Assembly: GCA_029552245.1 (NCBI GenBank)
Contig: JAKPDW010000025.1
Coordinates: 240,104-304,103 of the forward strand
Reading direction: 5' to 3'
Length of the DNA stretch: 64,000 nt
From: Deltaproteobacteria bacterium
GTDB taxonomy: Bacteria; Desulfobacterota; Desulfomonilia; UBA1062
Under the pieces are notes generated by a model. The model was given only the letters and a program-made list of their open reading frames with translations, did no database searches and was not told the DNA's origin. Positions 28,615 to 38,377 of the stretch are shown here, piece after piece (the stretch's first letter is position 1; the number at the start of each line of letters is the position of its first letter). A program made the position numbers and the translations under genes.

Positions 28615-29634
28615 ATGGGTATAACCTACGTACCTGCAGAGGCTACCGGCCGGGCAGCGATCGATGCCCTGGATACCCTGCTAGGGATGCTCGATGTCCC
28701 CTTTTCGCGCGGGTCCAGGGTGGGCGTGAAGCTCCACTGGGGGGAAAGGGGCAACAAGAGCTATCTCGAGCCCGCCTACGCGCGCGGGATCGTGCGGTGG
28801 CTCAAAGACCTCGGCATGGACCCTTTCGTGTTCGATACCACCGTGCTCTACTCAGGGGGCAGGAGGAACGCGGCCGACTCCCTCGAGACAGCCGCTTCCC
28901 ACGGATTCACGAGGGATTTCCTGGGATGCGACGTGGTCATAGCCGACGGCATGGACGGCCGGAACGTGGTGGACATCCCTGCCGGCTACAAGCACTTCAA
29001 GACGGTGCAGGTGGCATCCATCGTCCATGAGGCCGACGGCTTCGTGATCTTCTCCCACTTCAAGGGGCACCTCGCAGCCGGCTTCGGCGGCGCCGTGAAG
29101 AACGTGTCCATGGGGTTCGCGTCCCGCGCCCAGAAGCAGCGCATGCACGCGGACGTGAAGCCCGTGCTGAACCAGAAGAGGTGCACGAAGTGCGGGGTGT
29201 GCGCGAGCGTGTGCCCCACGGGGGCCGCGTCCATGCAAGGTGACGGCTACCCGAGCTATGACCTCGAGGTGTGCATCGGGTGCGCCCAGTGCATCGCCCA
29301 GTGCCCCGAGGTGGCGCTGAAGATCCTGTGGGGAGGCGATCACGAGGCCTTCCAGGAGAAGCTCGTCGAGACGGCCAAGGCCGTCTGGGACGTCATAGGC
29401 CGAAGGACGACGGTCATAAACGCGCTCGTGAAGATAAGCGCCGAGTGCGACTGCCTGCCGGGCAAGGTCGAGATCATCTCCGAAGACAAGGGTTTCGTCG
29501 CAGGAACCCACCCCGTGGAGGTCGACGCCGACTGCGTCAGGCGCGTGGGTGAGGACGTGATCACGAAGGCCCACAGCTACCTGCCCTGGCAGAGGCAGTT
29601 TTCCTACGCGAGAGAGATAGGGTTTGTGTATTGA
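28615..29634 (+). CDS. DUF362-domain protein with inserted 2x[4Fe-4S] ferredoxin module
   Basis: GAGGTGA SD then ATG 28615. DUF362 hallmarks VGVKLHWGE, VIADGMDGRN, FSHFKGHLAAGFGGAVKNVSMG. Ferredoxin insert CTKCGVCASVCP / CIGCAQCIAQCP. C-terminal ECDCLPG. Confidence 0.7.
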   Translation: MGITYVPAEATGRAAIDALDTLLGMLDVPFSRGSRVGVKLHWGERGNKSYLEPAYARGIVRWLKDLGMDPFVFDTTVLYSGGRRNAADSLETAASHGFTRDFLGCDVVIADGMDGRNVVDIPAGYKHFKTVQVASIVHEADGFVIFSHFKGHLAAGFGGAVKNVSMGFASRAQKQRMHADVKPVLNQKRCTKCGVCASVCPTGAASMQGDGYPSYDLEVCIGCAQCIAQCPEVALKILWGGDHEAFQEKLVETAKAVWDVIGRRTTVINALVKISAECDCLPGKVEIISEDKGFVAGTHPVEVDADCVRRVGEDVITKAHSYLPWQRQFSYAREIGFVY

Positions 29635-29995
29635 TCCCCGAGACCCAAGGAAGCACCGCGCGGCTGCAGGTGGGAAACGCGCCCTTTTGGGCGTGCTCGC
29701 CTCGTGTGCGCTCTGCGGGTGCGTGATCACCGACGACGGTTGCTGCACCGTCGTCGAGGTGCTCTACAACGAGGGCGGTCTCCAGGTCCACGTAACCCTC
29801 GGGCGTCCCGTCGATCTCCCCCTCGACGAGGACGATGCGACCTACATCATGGTGACGTGCCCCTGCCCCTGCAGGGGAGAGCTTACGAGGGTTGGGGATT
29901 ACTGGCAGTACCCCGGGCGTGATACGGGCGAAGGCTGCCTCATCCGCATCCACGTCCTTACGGGTGAGGTCGAGTGCTTCCCGCAGGATGGGTGA
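29624..29995 (+). CDS. small Cys-rich putative lipoprotein (CPCPC motif); start uncertain (TTG/GTG)
   Basis: Signal-like KRALLGVLASC (lipobox LASC). 11 Cys in about 100 residues, including DDGCCTV and VTCPCPCRGE, ending ECFPQDG. No ATG start; the track ORF begins at TTG overlapping the upstream stop. Confidence 0.3.
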   Translation: MCIDPRDPRKHRAAAGGKRALLGVLASCALCGCVITDDGCCTVVEVLYNEGGLQVHVTLGRPVDLPLDEDDATYIMVTCPCPCRGELTRVGDYWQYPGRDTGEGCLIRIHVLTGEVECFPQDG

Positions 29996-30478
29996 GCAGA
30001 AGGCGGCAGGCGTCGAGACCATGCGCTTCCCGTCGCCGTCTTTTCTCTCCCGGCTTTTTGGGGATACGCCGATCGAGGCGTCGGGGCCGAACCCGGTATA
30101 AGCGGCGGCAACAGGATGGCGGTGGACCGTGCTCGTGGGGAATGCGGGCGTGAAGAGGCGGGACGTGTCGTGCGCGGGGATCGATGGCGCCACATCCACG
30201 GTTTGGGCTCGAGACGAGACGGTCTTAGGTCTCCGGGTAGGCCGTGGGCGCCCATGGGGAAGGGGGAGGGTCTTGAGACGACCCTTCTCGATGCCGTCCG
30301 GTCGGTCTTCGCACTCGGGCGTATCCGCGTTCTGCGACCAAGCGGCGCGGGTCCGGGCATGGCGATGGGTTGATGGGAGAGGCCGCACGCTTTTGGGGCG
30401 CCGTCGAGCCGCTCCGGCTTGATGGAATCCTGTGTGGCGGCTAGAATCCGTGTCTGCAACGCGTGATCGGGGGGATGC

Positions 30479-31405
30479 ATGTCTCTGCGCAAGCTGTCCG
30501 ACATCTTCAGTCTCGAAGAGGTTCTCACCCTGGACATGGCGGTGTTGTTCGCCTTGGCCGCGCTCGCGGCCGGAGGTCCAGCCGGGACGAAAGGCATCTT
30601 GGCGACGAACTGCGTCATCGTGGCATGCATCGTTTCCGCTGCCGTGCTCTGCAGGAACAGCGGCAAGAGGGCGCTCACGGTCTTCAGGGACTGGTACGTT
30701 CTCGTCTTCCTGATCACGATCTACCTGGAGAACAGGACGCTCATCCCGCTGGTCAACCCACGCGAGTACGACGCGCTGGTCATGGCCGCAGACAGACTGG
30801 TGTTTCTCGGAGAAGACCCCACCGTGCTCCTCGAGAAGGTGATGCATCCCTTGCTCACCGAGTTCCTGCAGCTCGTCTACGCGAGCTTCTACCTCCTCCC
30901 GCTCACCCTGTGCATGGCCCTGTACGCATCGCGCACCACCAGGAACGAGTTCCATGTCGCCGCCTCGACCATCCTCATGGGGTTCTACCTGTCGTATCTC
31001 GGGTACTACCTCATGCCTGTGGCGGGCCCCAGGTTCTTCATGGAAGGGCTCCACACGAAGGAGCTGGAAGGGCTCTGGACGTTCGAGTTCGTCAGGGAGG
31101 CCCTCGCCCGGGCCGAGGGGCGGATGCTGGACTGCATGCCGAGCGGCCACGCACTCGTCTCGGTGCTCACGACGTTGCTCGCATACCGGTATGTGCGCTC
31201 TTTTGCGCCGTGGTCCCTCGTTTGGACCGTACTGCTCCTCTTCTCCACCGTCTACCTGCGTTACCACTACGTCCTGGACCTCGCCGTCGGGTCGATGCTC
31301 GGGATCCTGGTCTTTACGATAGGGCCCCGCCTGGCGATAGCCTACCAGGAGGGCTCGGGCTCAAGACGATGCGTCGCAGGCGGGCTGGAGATCCGTGAGG
31401 GTTGA
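30479..31405 (+). CDS. PAP2-superfamily integral membrane phosphatase/phosphotransferase-like protein
   Basis: Six predicted TM helices. PAP2 motifs CMPSGHALVSV (PSGH) and YLRYHYVLDLAVG (SRx5Hx3D-type, His/Asp retained). Confidence 0.6.
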   Translation: MSLRKLSDIFSLEEVLTLDMAVLFALAALAAGGPAGTKGILATNCVIVACIVSAAVLCRNSGKRALTVFRDWYVLVFLITIYLENRTLIPLVNPREYDALVMAADRLVFLGEDPTVLLEKVMHPLLTEFLQLVYASFYLLPLTLCMALYASRTTRNEFHVAASTILMGFYLSYLGYYLMPVAGPRFFMEGLHTKELEGLWTFEFVREALARAEGRMLDCMPSGHALVSVLTTLLAYRYVRSFAPWSLVWTVLLLFSTVYLRYHYVLDLAVGSMLGILVFTIGPRLAIAYQEGSGSRRCVAGGLEIREG

Positions 31406-31692
31406 GGGGGCTCGGGCCTTAGGCATCAGGGTCGCTGGCTGCGGGCATGGTGGTTTTTTTCGCTGATGGTGATCCCAAAGGCTTGAGGGGGCTCGAAAGG
31501 CCGGCGCCAGGGACCGATCGATCGACTCCGGGTGGTCGGCGAAGCCGCCTGTCTCGGCCATGTGCCCGGCGGGCGAGGCGCCGGATGACGTGCGTGGGCG
31601 GGGGTGGTGAACACCATGGCCCCTCTCCCCATCGACCCCGCCTGGGGCGGCATCGCAGTCTGGGGTGAGGGTGGTGCGACGTGGGCCGAGGG

Positions 31693-32862
31693 TCAGTCCA
31701 GGCGCTTCTCGTAGATGCGGTACGTCTTGTACGGCGAGGGCGCCAGGGGCTTCAGTGCGTTGATCATGCGCGTGTTCGTCTCCACGATGAGCGAGCAGTC
31801 GGACTCCGTGTACCCGAGCCTGATCCCGTCCTCGATGGTCATGAGGTAGAAGATGTCGTCTATGTGTTTGCCCCTGTGCTCGGGCAGCACGCCCATGATG
31901 ATCGTGCGGATGCGCTTCGTCTTTCTCGCCTCGAGGAGAAACCTGACGATCCGCCATGGGTAGAGCCTGCCGTTAAGCAGCCTGAGCGCAGGGTTCACGT
32001 CGGGCAGCGACACGATGAACCCGACCGTCTCGCCGTCCTTCTCGGCGAAGATCGCGAGCTCTTCCTTGGCGATCAGCTTCAGATCGGACGCGATCATCTT
32101 CACCTGGGCGTCGGTCAGGGGGAGGTGGCCCCAGTTGCCCTCCCACGCGATGTTGAAGATGCGCTGGATCTCCTTTATCCTCCTGTCCATGTCGCGCTTG
32201 TCGAGCCTCTTGAACGTGAACTCGCTCGAAGAGAGGAGCCTGTCCTTCACGTCCCTGAGGTACGGGGCGTAGACGTCGTAGTCCGATTTCTTCACGAGGA
32301 AACAGTGCCAGTCGATGCACTTCTTCAAGCCGCAGGCCTCGGCGAGTTCCCGGTAGTAGGGCGCGAAGTGGAAGAGGCCCACCGTGGGCATGCGGTGGGC
32401 GCCCTCGACCTCGAAGCCGACCGAGTCATAGATGGAAAAGCTCTGGGGCCCGTTCATGACCTTCTTGCCCCGCGACGTGAGCCAGGCCTCGGCCGTGTCG
32501 AACAGTGCCCGGGCGACCCCGACGTCGTCGATCGACTCGAAGAAGCCGAAGAACCCGGTGTCCCTGTCGTATCGCTGCTCGTAGAGGCGGTTCACGTGGG
32601 CGCTGATCCGACCCACGGGCCTGCCGTCTTGGTAGGCGATGAAGAGCTCCGCCTCGCCGATCTGATAGAAGTAGCCTTTCCTGGGGTCGAGCATGGTGTA
32701 CATGTCGTGGAGCAGGGGGGGGACCCACGCCGGGTCTTTCTCGTAGATACGCGCGCTCCAAGGGAGCATCACGAATTCCTTGAGCATGCCCCTGCCCGTC
32801 ACCCTCCTCACCTCGATCATGGCACCCTTCCCGTGGATGGAGAATACTTGATACGCCATCAT
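31693..32862 (-). CDS. GNAT-fold N-acyltransferase (FemAB/Acetyltransf_6-like, 389 aa)
   Basis: Internal Met pair (complement 32857-32862) of the 541-aa track ORF. Family-typical regions GFFGFFESIDD, GKKVMNGPQSF, GFIVSLPDVNPALR, IIMGVLPEHRGKHID. Confidence 0.5.
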   Translation of the reverse strand: MMAYQVFSIHGKGAMIEVRRVTGRGMLKEFVMLPWSARIYEKDPAWVPPLLHDMYTMLDPRKGYFYQIGEAELFIAYQDGRPVGRISAHVNRLYEQRYDRDTGFFGFFESIDDVGVARALFDTAEAWLTSRGKKVMNGPQSFSIYDSVGFEVEGAHRMPTVGLFHFAPYYRELAEACGLKKCIDWHCFLVKKSDYDVYAPYLRDVKDRLLSSSEFTFKRLDKRDMDRRIKEIQRIFNIAWEGNWGHLPLTDAQVKMIASDLKLIAKEELAIFAEKDGETVGFIVSLPDVNPALRLLNGRLYPWRIVRFLLEARKTKRIRTIIMGVLPEHRGKHIDDIFYLMTIEDGIRLGYTESDCSLIVETNTRMINALKPLAPSPYKTYRIYEKRLD

Positions 32863-33418
32863 CGCACCATTTATCCCCGCTTGCAAGAAGACGCGTTTCG
32901 CGGCCCGCACGAGATGCGAACGAGGCGTCTTCCCACAGGGCTCCCAGCTTGGTGTGGGTAGGGATTGCAGGGACGATGCCTTTGATCCGCAGTGCAAGGC
33001 CACCAGTCCCGGACCTCCACGCTTCTCAGGGGAGGGGTCGCAGGCGCGCCTGTTCCCTGCTGGGATGTCGTCACCGGGGGACCTTCTGCAGGGATCACCG
33101 GGATGTCGAGCACGAGCGCCTGGATCTCCTCGGGCCGCGCCCTGGCGACGAGGCAGGTGGGTATCGATGAGTCGCCGGAGAACCAGGCCGGGACTCGGGC
33201 GGTGGGTCCCTGCCCCTGGCTCGCTCGCCATTGGAGACCCTCGACGAGCACAGGAGGTGCCGCGGAGGATGCCCCCGCGTCTTTTCGGGGGAGGCAGGGC
33301 AAGCCCCCGTGTCCGCATCGCCGGAAGGCATCCTTGTGGCCGTTCCTTGTCTCTTCCGGATCGGATTGACCTGGATGGCCGGTCCTGATACAGGATTGGC
33401 CTCGGGGGACACGGACAG

Positions 33419-34294
33419 ATGGAAGATTACCTCGTGAGGGGCATGACCGAAGGCGGGAACGTGATCGGCCTTGCCTGCGTCACCACGAACCTCGTAGAGG
33501 ATGCCAGGAGAAGGCACAAGACGTGCCCCACGGCGACGGCGGCCCTGGGCAGGGCGCTGACCGGGGGTGGGTTGCTGGGCGCTCTCCTGGACGAGGGGCA
33601 GCGCGTGGCCATCAAGTTCACGGGCGACGGACCGCTCAAGAAGATCGTGGTGGAGGCCGAGGGGGACGGGACGGTGCGAGGCTATGTCCAGGTGCCTCGC
33701 GTCGATCTCCCTCCCGTGGACGGCAAGCTCGACGTGGGAGGCGCCATCGGCAGGCGCGGTTTTCTAACCGTGACAAGGGACTTGAGGATCAGGGCCCCCT
33801 ACAGCGGCATCGTGGAACTCCACACCGGGGAGATCGCGTCCGACATAGCCTACTACCTCAGCGAGTCCGAGCAGGTGCCGTCCGCGGTGGGGCTCGGCGT
33901 GTACGTGGAGGCCGACGAGCGCGTGGGCGCTTCCGGCGGGTTCCTCGTGCAGTCCCTGCCGCCCAGGGACGACGCCCTGATCTCCTCCATCGAGCGCACC
34001 ATCCAGTCCCTGCCGGGGGTGACCACGCTCCTCATGCAGGGGAAAACGCCGGAGGACATCCTGGGCATGATCTTCACCCAGACCCCCTTCAGGATCATCG
34101 AGACGAGGCGGGTGTCTTTCGCCTGTTCATGCTCGGTGGGTCGCATCGAACAGGCGCTCGTCACCCTGGGGAAGAGACAGATCGAGGAAATAGCTGCCAC
34201 CGAGGAGATGTTCGACATCTTCTGCCACTTCTGCAACAAGACCTACGTGTTCACCCGGGAGCACCTCCTGCGCCTCGCACGGGAGATGCACTGA
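33419..34294 (+). CDS. hslO: redox-regulated chaperone Hsp33
   Basis: 291 aa with C-terminal zinc centre CSCS...CHFC. Confidence 0.85.
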   Translation: MEDYLVRGMTEGGNVIGLACVTTNLVEDARRRHKTCPTATAALGRALTGGGLLGALLDEGQRVAIKFTGDGPLKKIVVEAEGDGTVRGYVQVPRVDLPPVDGKLDVGGAIGRRGFLTVTRDLRIRAPYSGIVELHTGEIASDIAYYLSESEQVPSAVGLGVYVEADERVGASGGFLVQSLPPRDDALISSIERTIQSLPGVTTLLMQGKTPEDILGMIFTQTPFRIIETRRVSFACSCSVGRIEQALVTLGKRQIEEIAATEEMFDIFCHFCNKTYVFTREHLLRLAREMH

Positions 34295-34637
34295 TGTCAC
34301 GACGGCCCCGAAACCAGCAGGGACACCTGCCCCACCAAACCCTTGCCGGTGACCTTCGTGCACTCACGGCGTATCACACCCCCAGGCACGAACGCCTTCC
34401 TTGAAGGCTGCCTGGAGCCCTCACCCTTTAGCGCCCGTGACGCCGAGGGCGTCGTCGTGGCTCCAGCCTTCTTGCGTCTGCGCCCGCACCTGTTCCCCCT
34501 TGACATTGGTGTTGCGTGCGAACAAAATTGAATAGTTATGCGTTCGAGCGCCGGGCGTCGAGAGAGAGCCTTGAAAGGCCCGGCGAGGGCTCTTCAAGAG
34601 ACGAAGGCCCGAGCACGCCAGGAAGGAGGACCGATCC

Positions 34638-34775
34638 ATGGGCAAGGGTGACCAGCGGAGCAAGAGGGGAAAGATCTTCAGGGGCACCTTCGGGAAGACC
34701 CGGCCGAAGAGGAAGAAGGCGCCGGAAGCGCCTGCGGCGCGGGGCGCCAAGACGGCCAGGAAGGCCGCAAAGTAG
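34638..34775 (+). CDS. 30S ribosomal protein bTHX
   Basis: GGAAGGAGGA SD then ATG 34638. [45 protein letters not shown] (45 aa) closely matches Thermus THX ([26 protein letters not shown]). Too short for the ORF track. Confidence 0.7.
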   Translation: MGKGDQRSKRGKIFRGTFGKTRPKRKKAPEAPAARGAKTARKAAK

Positions 34776-34883
34776 GCGCGGTCCCCCGGACGCAGCCGTT
34801 TTTTCGTTTCGACACGGCTGCCTGTGGACCTGCGCCGGGTCACCACCCCTGAGGAGGGGCGAGGCAAGGCAGGCTCTCCCGAC

Positions 34884-36146
34884 ATGGAAAGATCGACGCA
34901 CCCCCGCATGCGGAGCGACATCCAGCCCGTATTCGTCACGGTAGAAGGGCGCGAGATGGTCGTATTCATGGATCCCTTGAGGATGGCCGACGAGGGGTTC
35001 GCCGTGGACAGGCGTGCGCTGAGCGTGTTGGCCATGATGGACGGCACGAGGGATCTCCTGGACATCCAGGCGGAGCTCATGCGCGTCTCTGGAGGGTCCA
35101 TCGTGCCCATGGAACACATCGAGGCTTTCCTGGAGAGGCTTGATGAGGCTTTGCTGCTGGACAGCCGGCGCTTCAGGGACAGGAGGAGGGCCGTCGAGGA
35201 GGAGTTCCTGCGCGCGGGCATCCGCCGTACGATACTCGACGGCAGGTCTTACGAGGCGGACCCTGAGGCGCTCGCAGCGTCGATAGAGGAGCTCGAGAGG
35301 AGCCTCCCCCCGCTGCCGGCGGGCACGAAGGACGGGATATCGGGCGTCGTGGCGCCGCACATCGACCTCAAGGTCGCCTTCAGGACGTACGTGGACGTGT
35401 ATCGCAGGCTGAGGGACGCCTCGTTCGACACGGTGGTCGTCCTCGGGGTGAACCACTACGGTTCGGACGGCCTCTACTGCCTCACGGAAAAGGACTTCGA
35501 GACCCCCTTCGGCGTCCTCAAGACCCACAGGGAGATCGTGAGGAGGCTTTCCAGGGGCATGCCGCCGGGCGGCGTCGCGCCCACCGACCTCGATCACAAG
35601 TCAGAGCACTCCATCGAGTTCCAGGCCCTCTTCATCGCCTACTACCTGGGGGTGTCGCGAACGAGGATCGTGCCCGTTCTGTGCGGATCTTTCCACGAGT
35701 TCGTCAGATCGGGCCGCGACCCCGCCGAGGACCCGCGCTTCATCGCGTTCAGGGACGCCCTCTGCGAGGTCGTCTCGGCGGACCCCGGGAGGGTGCTCGT
35801 CGTTGCCGGGGTGGACTTCTCGCACGTGGGGCTCAAGTTCGGCCACGACCAGAGGGCGGATCGTCTCCTGGATAAGGCCATGGAGCACGACCGTGCGCTC
35901 TTGGGGTGTCTCATGGAGGGGGATGCGTCCGGCCTCTTCGGCCGCGCCGCATCCTGCCGCGACGCCTACAACGTGTGCGGTCTGCCGGCCTTGGTCCTCA
36001 TGTCATCGGTCTTGGGAAAGAGGGGGTGCGAGCTCGTGGCGCACGAGGTGTACGACGAGCGGGTCACAGGCAGCGCGGTGACGTATGCCGCCCTCGCCTT
36101 TTCCGGCGCACGGGACACGGCTCAGCGCGTCGGGGAGAGCGGTTGA
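34884..36146 (+). CDS. MEMO1-family protein (AmmeMemoRadiSam system protein B-like) with about 140-aa N-terminal extension
   Basis: Memo-like core GVVAPHIDLKVAFRTY...VVVLGVNHYG...AGVDFSHVG...CGLPALVLM. N-terminal domain of unknown function (PVFVTVEGREMVVFMDPLRMADEGFAVDRRALSVL...). Confidence 0.6.
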   Translation: MERSTHPRMRSDIQPVFVTVEGREMVVFMDPLRMADEGFAVDRRALSVLAMMDGTRDLLDIQAELMRVSGGSIVPMEHIEAFLERLDEALLLDSRRFRDRRRAVEEEFLRAGIRRTILDGRSYEADPEALAASIEELERSLPPLPAGTKDGISGVVAPHIDLKVAFRTYVDVYRRLRDASFDTVVVLGVNHYGSDGLYCLTEKDFETPFGVLKTHREIVRRLSRGMPPGGVAPTDLDHKSEHSIEFQALFIAYYLGVSRTRIVPVLCGSFHEFVRSGRDPAEDPRFIAFRDALCEVVSADPGRVLVVAGVDFSHVGLKFGHDQRADRLLDKAMEHDRALLGCLMEGDASGLFGRAASCRDAYNVCGLPALVLMSSVLGKRGCELVAHEVYDERVTGSAVTYAALAFSGARDTAQRVGESG

Positions 36147-36279
36147 CGCACGCAGGCCCCCGGACGCCCCTTGGGGGCGCACCCGCCAGGCGAGGGCCTC
36201 GTGCATTCCATGAAACGAAGGCCTTCCTTGCAGCGGTCTGCCGCCTTCGAGGTCGATATCGAGAGGAGGTCACGAGACG

Positions 36280-37023
36280 ATGGACATCCCCATGGGACAC
36301 AACCCCTTGTTCGGCAAGTGGTTCCTGACCGACGTGATCCATGCCCTCGAGCGTTACGGGCTCATCGTCGAGGGGGACAAGGTCTGCGTTGCGCTCTCCG
36401 GGGGGAAGGACAGCGTCACCCTCACCTACGTGCTGTGGTACCTGAAAAACTACTCCCACCTCCAGTTCGACGTGTGCGCCGTTCACGTCAAGATCGACGA
36501 GTACGACACCGCACCCCTGAGGGAGTACTGCGAGAAGCTGTCGGTGGAGTACATCGAGACCCCGCTCAAGGTCGATCTCAGGGCGTACCCCCGATCGCCC
36601 TGCCACGTATGTTCATCCTTCAAGAGGGGCGCCATCGGGGAGGCCCTGGAGGGCAGGGGGGTGAGGAAGGTGGCGTTCGGGCACCACGCCGACGACGCCG
36701 CGGAGACGTTCCTCATGAACATCGCCTACAACCGGAGGCTCGCGAGCCTCACCCCCAAGGTGATGGTCCCTGAGGGCTCGTTCGAGATCATCCGGCCCAT
36801 GGTGTACCTTCCCGGACCCACGGTCAAGAGGCTGCACAACCACCTGAGGCTGCCCGTCCTGGACTACCTCTGCCCCCACGGCGAGAAATCCGCGAGAGAG
36901 GTCATGCGAACCGCCATCGCGCGTATCGAGGAGACGGCCGAGCTCCGGGAGTTTTCCCGCATGGTCGTGGACGCACTCGAGAACGTGGACTACTCGTCGC
37001 TCTGGCCCTCGCTCAGGGTGTGA
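36280..37023 (+). CDS. PP-loop ATPase, TtcA-like tRNA 2-thiocytidine synthetase family
   Basis: PP-loop VALSGGKDS. Cys motifs CHVC and LCPHG. 247 aa. Confidence 0.65.
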   Translation: MDIPMGHNPLFGKWFLTDVIHALERYGLIVEGDKVCVALSGGKDSVTLTYVLWYLKNYSHLQFDVCAVHVKIDEYDTAPLREYCEKLSVEYIETPLKVDLRAYPRSPCHVCSSFKRGAIGEALEGRGVRKVAFGHHADDAAETFLMNIAYNRRLASLTPKVMVPEGSFEIIRPMVYLPGPTVKRLHNHLRLPVLDYLCPHGEKSAREVMRTAIARIEETAELREFSRMVVDALENVDYSSLWPSLRV

Positions 37024-37487
37024 CCCGTGTTGCTCGCACGCGAACCCCGGGTCTCTCGCCGGCCTCCGTGTCCCGACTGCGGGGGTGCTCGTTTCTCGTA
37101 CGTTGGCCCGAGTTTCTCCCTGGGGCCCACGGCCGGGCGGGAGGCCCCGGTCACGAAGATGCCAGTACACACACGAACTCGGGTTGTCACCGCTTTGTGC
37201 GACACCGAAAGCGCAGGCGTCAGGCCGCCCGGTCTTTTCTCGCGCGTGCCCCGGGTTCCTTTCCACGACCTGGGCACAGGTGTCCTTTGCTCCCCAGGGT
37301 GCCAGGCACCAGGCGGCCTTCGGTTCGGTCGGTCGTGCACCCTCTTGTGGTGGGCTCCTTGGGTCCGATCGGGCGGCGGTCGGATAGTGCCGGCCGCACG
37401 TCTCACGGGAGAGGGCCCTGGGGGTGTCACCGGCCTGTGGCGTCTGGGATGCCCAGGGGCATGCCGAGGCGCACAGACGGACGCGCG

Positions 37488-37583
37488 CGCCTTCAACGTC
37501 TGGGGAAGACAGAAGGAGATCGATGTCGCCGAGACAGGCGCGATCGCCCACGGAGGCTCACGCCTTCAACGTCTCTGGAAGAC
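37488..37583. repeat. two 23-bp direct repeats (CGCCTTCAACGTCTSKGGAAGAC), period 73 bp
   Basis: Copies at 37488-37510 and 37561-37583 with 21/23 identical. The second overlaps the stop region of the small minus-strand ORF 37566..37967. Confidence 0.5.
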
Positions 37584-37967
37584 GCCGTTCTCGATGGAGA
37601 TCGCCCCCGTGTCGGGGAAGAAGCAGACGCCGTGGGACGAGCTGTATCGCTTCATGACCTCCATGAGCAGCGGGCTCGGAAGGTTCGGGCAGACACTGAT
37701 GCTGAAGGAGGTGGAGCGATCGTTGAACGGGCGGTCTCCCGCCGACCTCGTCCTCTGCGCGCCGCCTATGCCGTCTTCGTCGCCCCAGGCGATCGCGTCG
37801 ATGTGAATGCTGATCGTGACATCCACGAAGATGCTCACGCCGCTCTGGCCGGAGACGAGATCGAGGTCCTCGTCGTTCATGGGTGTCATGGCGAGGCCGG
37901 AAAGGGGGATGGCGGCGCACAAGAGGGCCGCGATGAGCGTCGTTCTCGCCATGAACGCCCTTGCCAT
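37566..37967 (-). CDS. small secreted hypothetical protein (133 aa, signal peptide)
   Basis: C-terminal part of track ORF 37566..38456 from MARAFMARTTLIAALLCAAIPLSGLAMTP (signal-like), then DEDLDLVSGQSGVSIFVDVTISIHIDAIAWGDEDG. Weak evidence in a region otherwise filled by Arg-rich artefact ORFs. Confidence 0.3.
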   Translation of the reverse strand: MARAFMARTTLIAALLCAAIPLSGLAMTPMNDEDLDLVSGQSGVSIFVDVTISIHIDAIAWGDEDGIGGAQRTRSAGDRPFNDRSTSFSISVCPNLPSPLLMEVMKRYSSSHGVCFFPDTGAISIENGVFQRR

Positions 37968-38377
37968 GCCGCTTGCCTCCCGAGCCCCGAGCCGCCCGAG
38001 ACACACGGGACGGCTTGTGGGTTTCCCCGATACTACAGTATTCCTCACCGAAAGTCCACCCGTTCCATACGGAAACCCGGCCGCGACAAACCATGGGGTG
38101 AGACCACGACCGTCGGCCCCGTAGGGCGTCCGGTCGAAGGCGGCATCCTGCCGGTCGCGCATCGCACTGCGCCGGCCCCCAGGCGGCCTCAGGGACCCCG
38201 GTACGGCCCGTGAGCCATTCCGGTTGCACCGCCCGCACAGACCCCTGGGGGGGTCTGCCGCGGCGACACGGCCCTTGTCACGGGCATGGCCGCATGGCCT
38301 CGAGGTCTTCGGGGAACGGGGTCGCCTGTCGAATGCGGCCTGCCGGTCACCCGGGAGACCGCCGCATGCAGAGCCCC

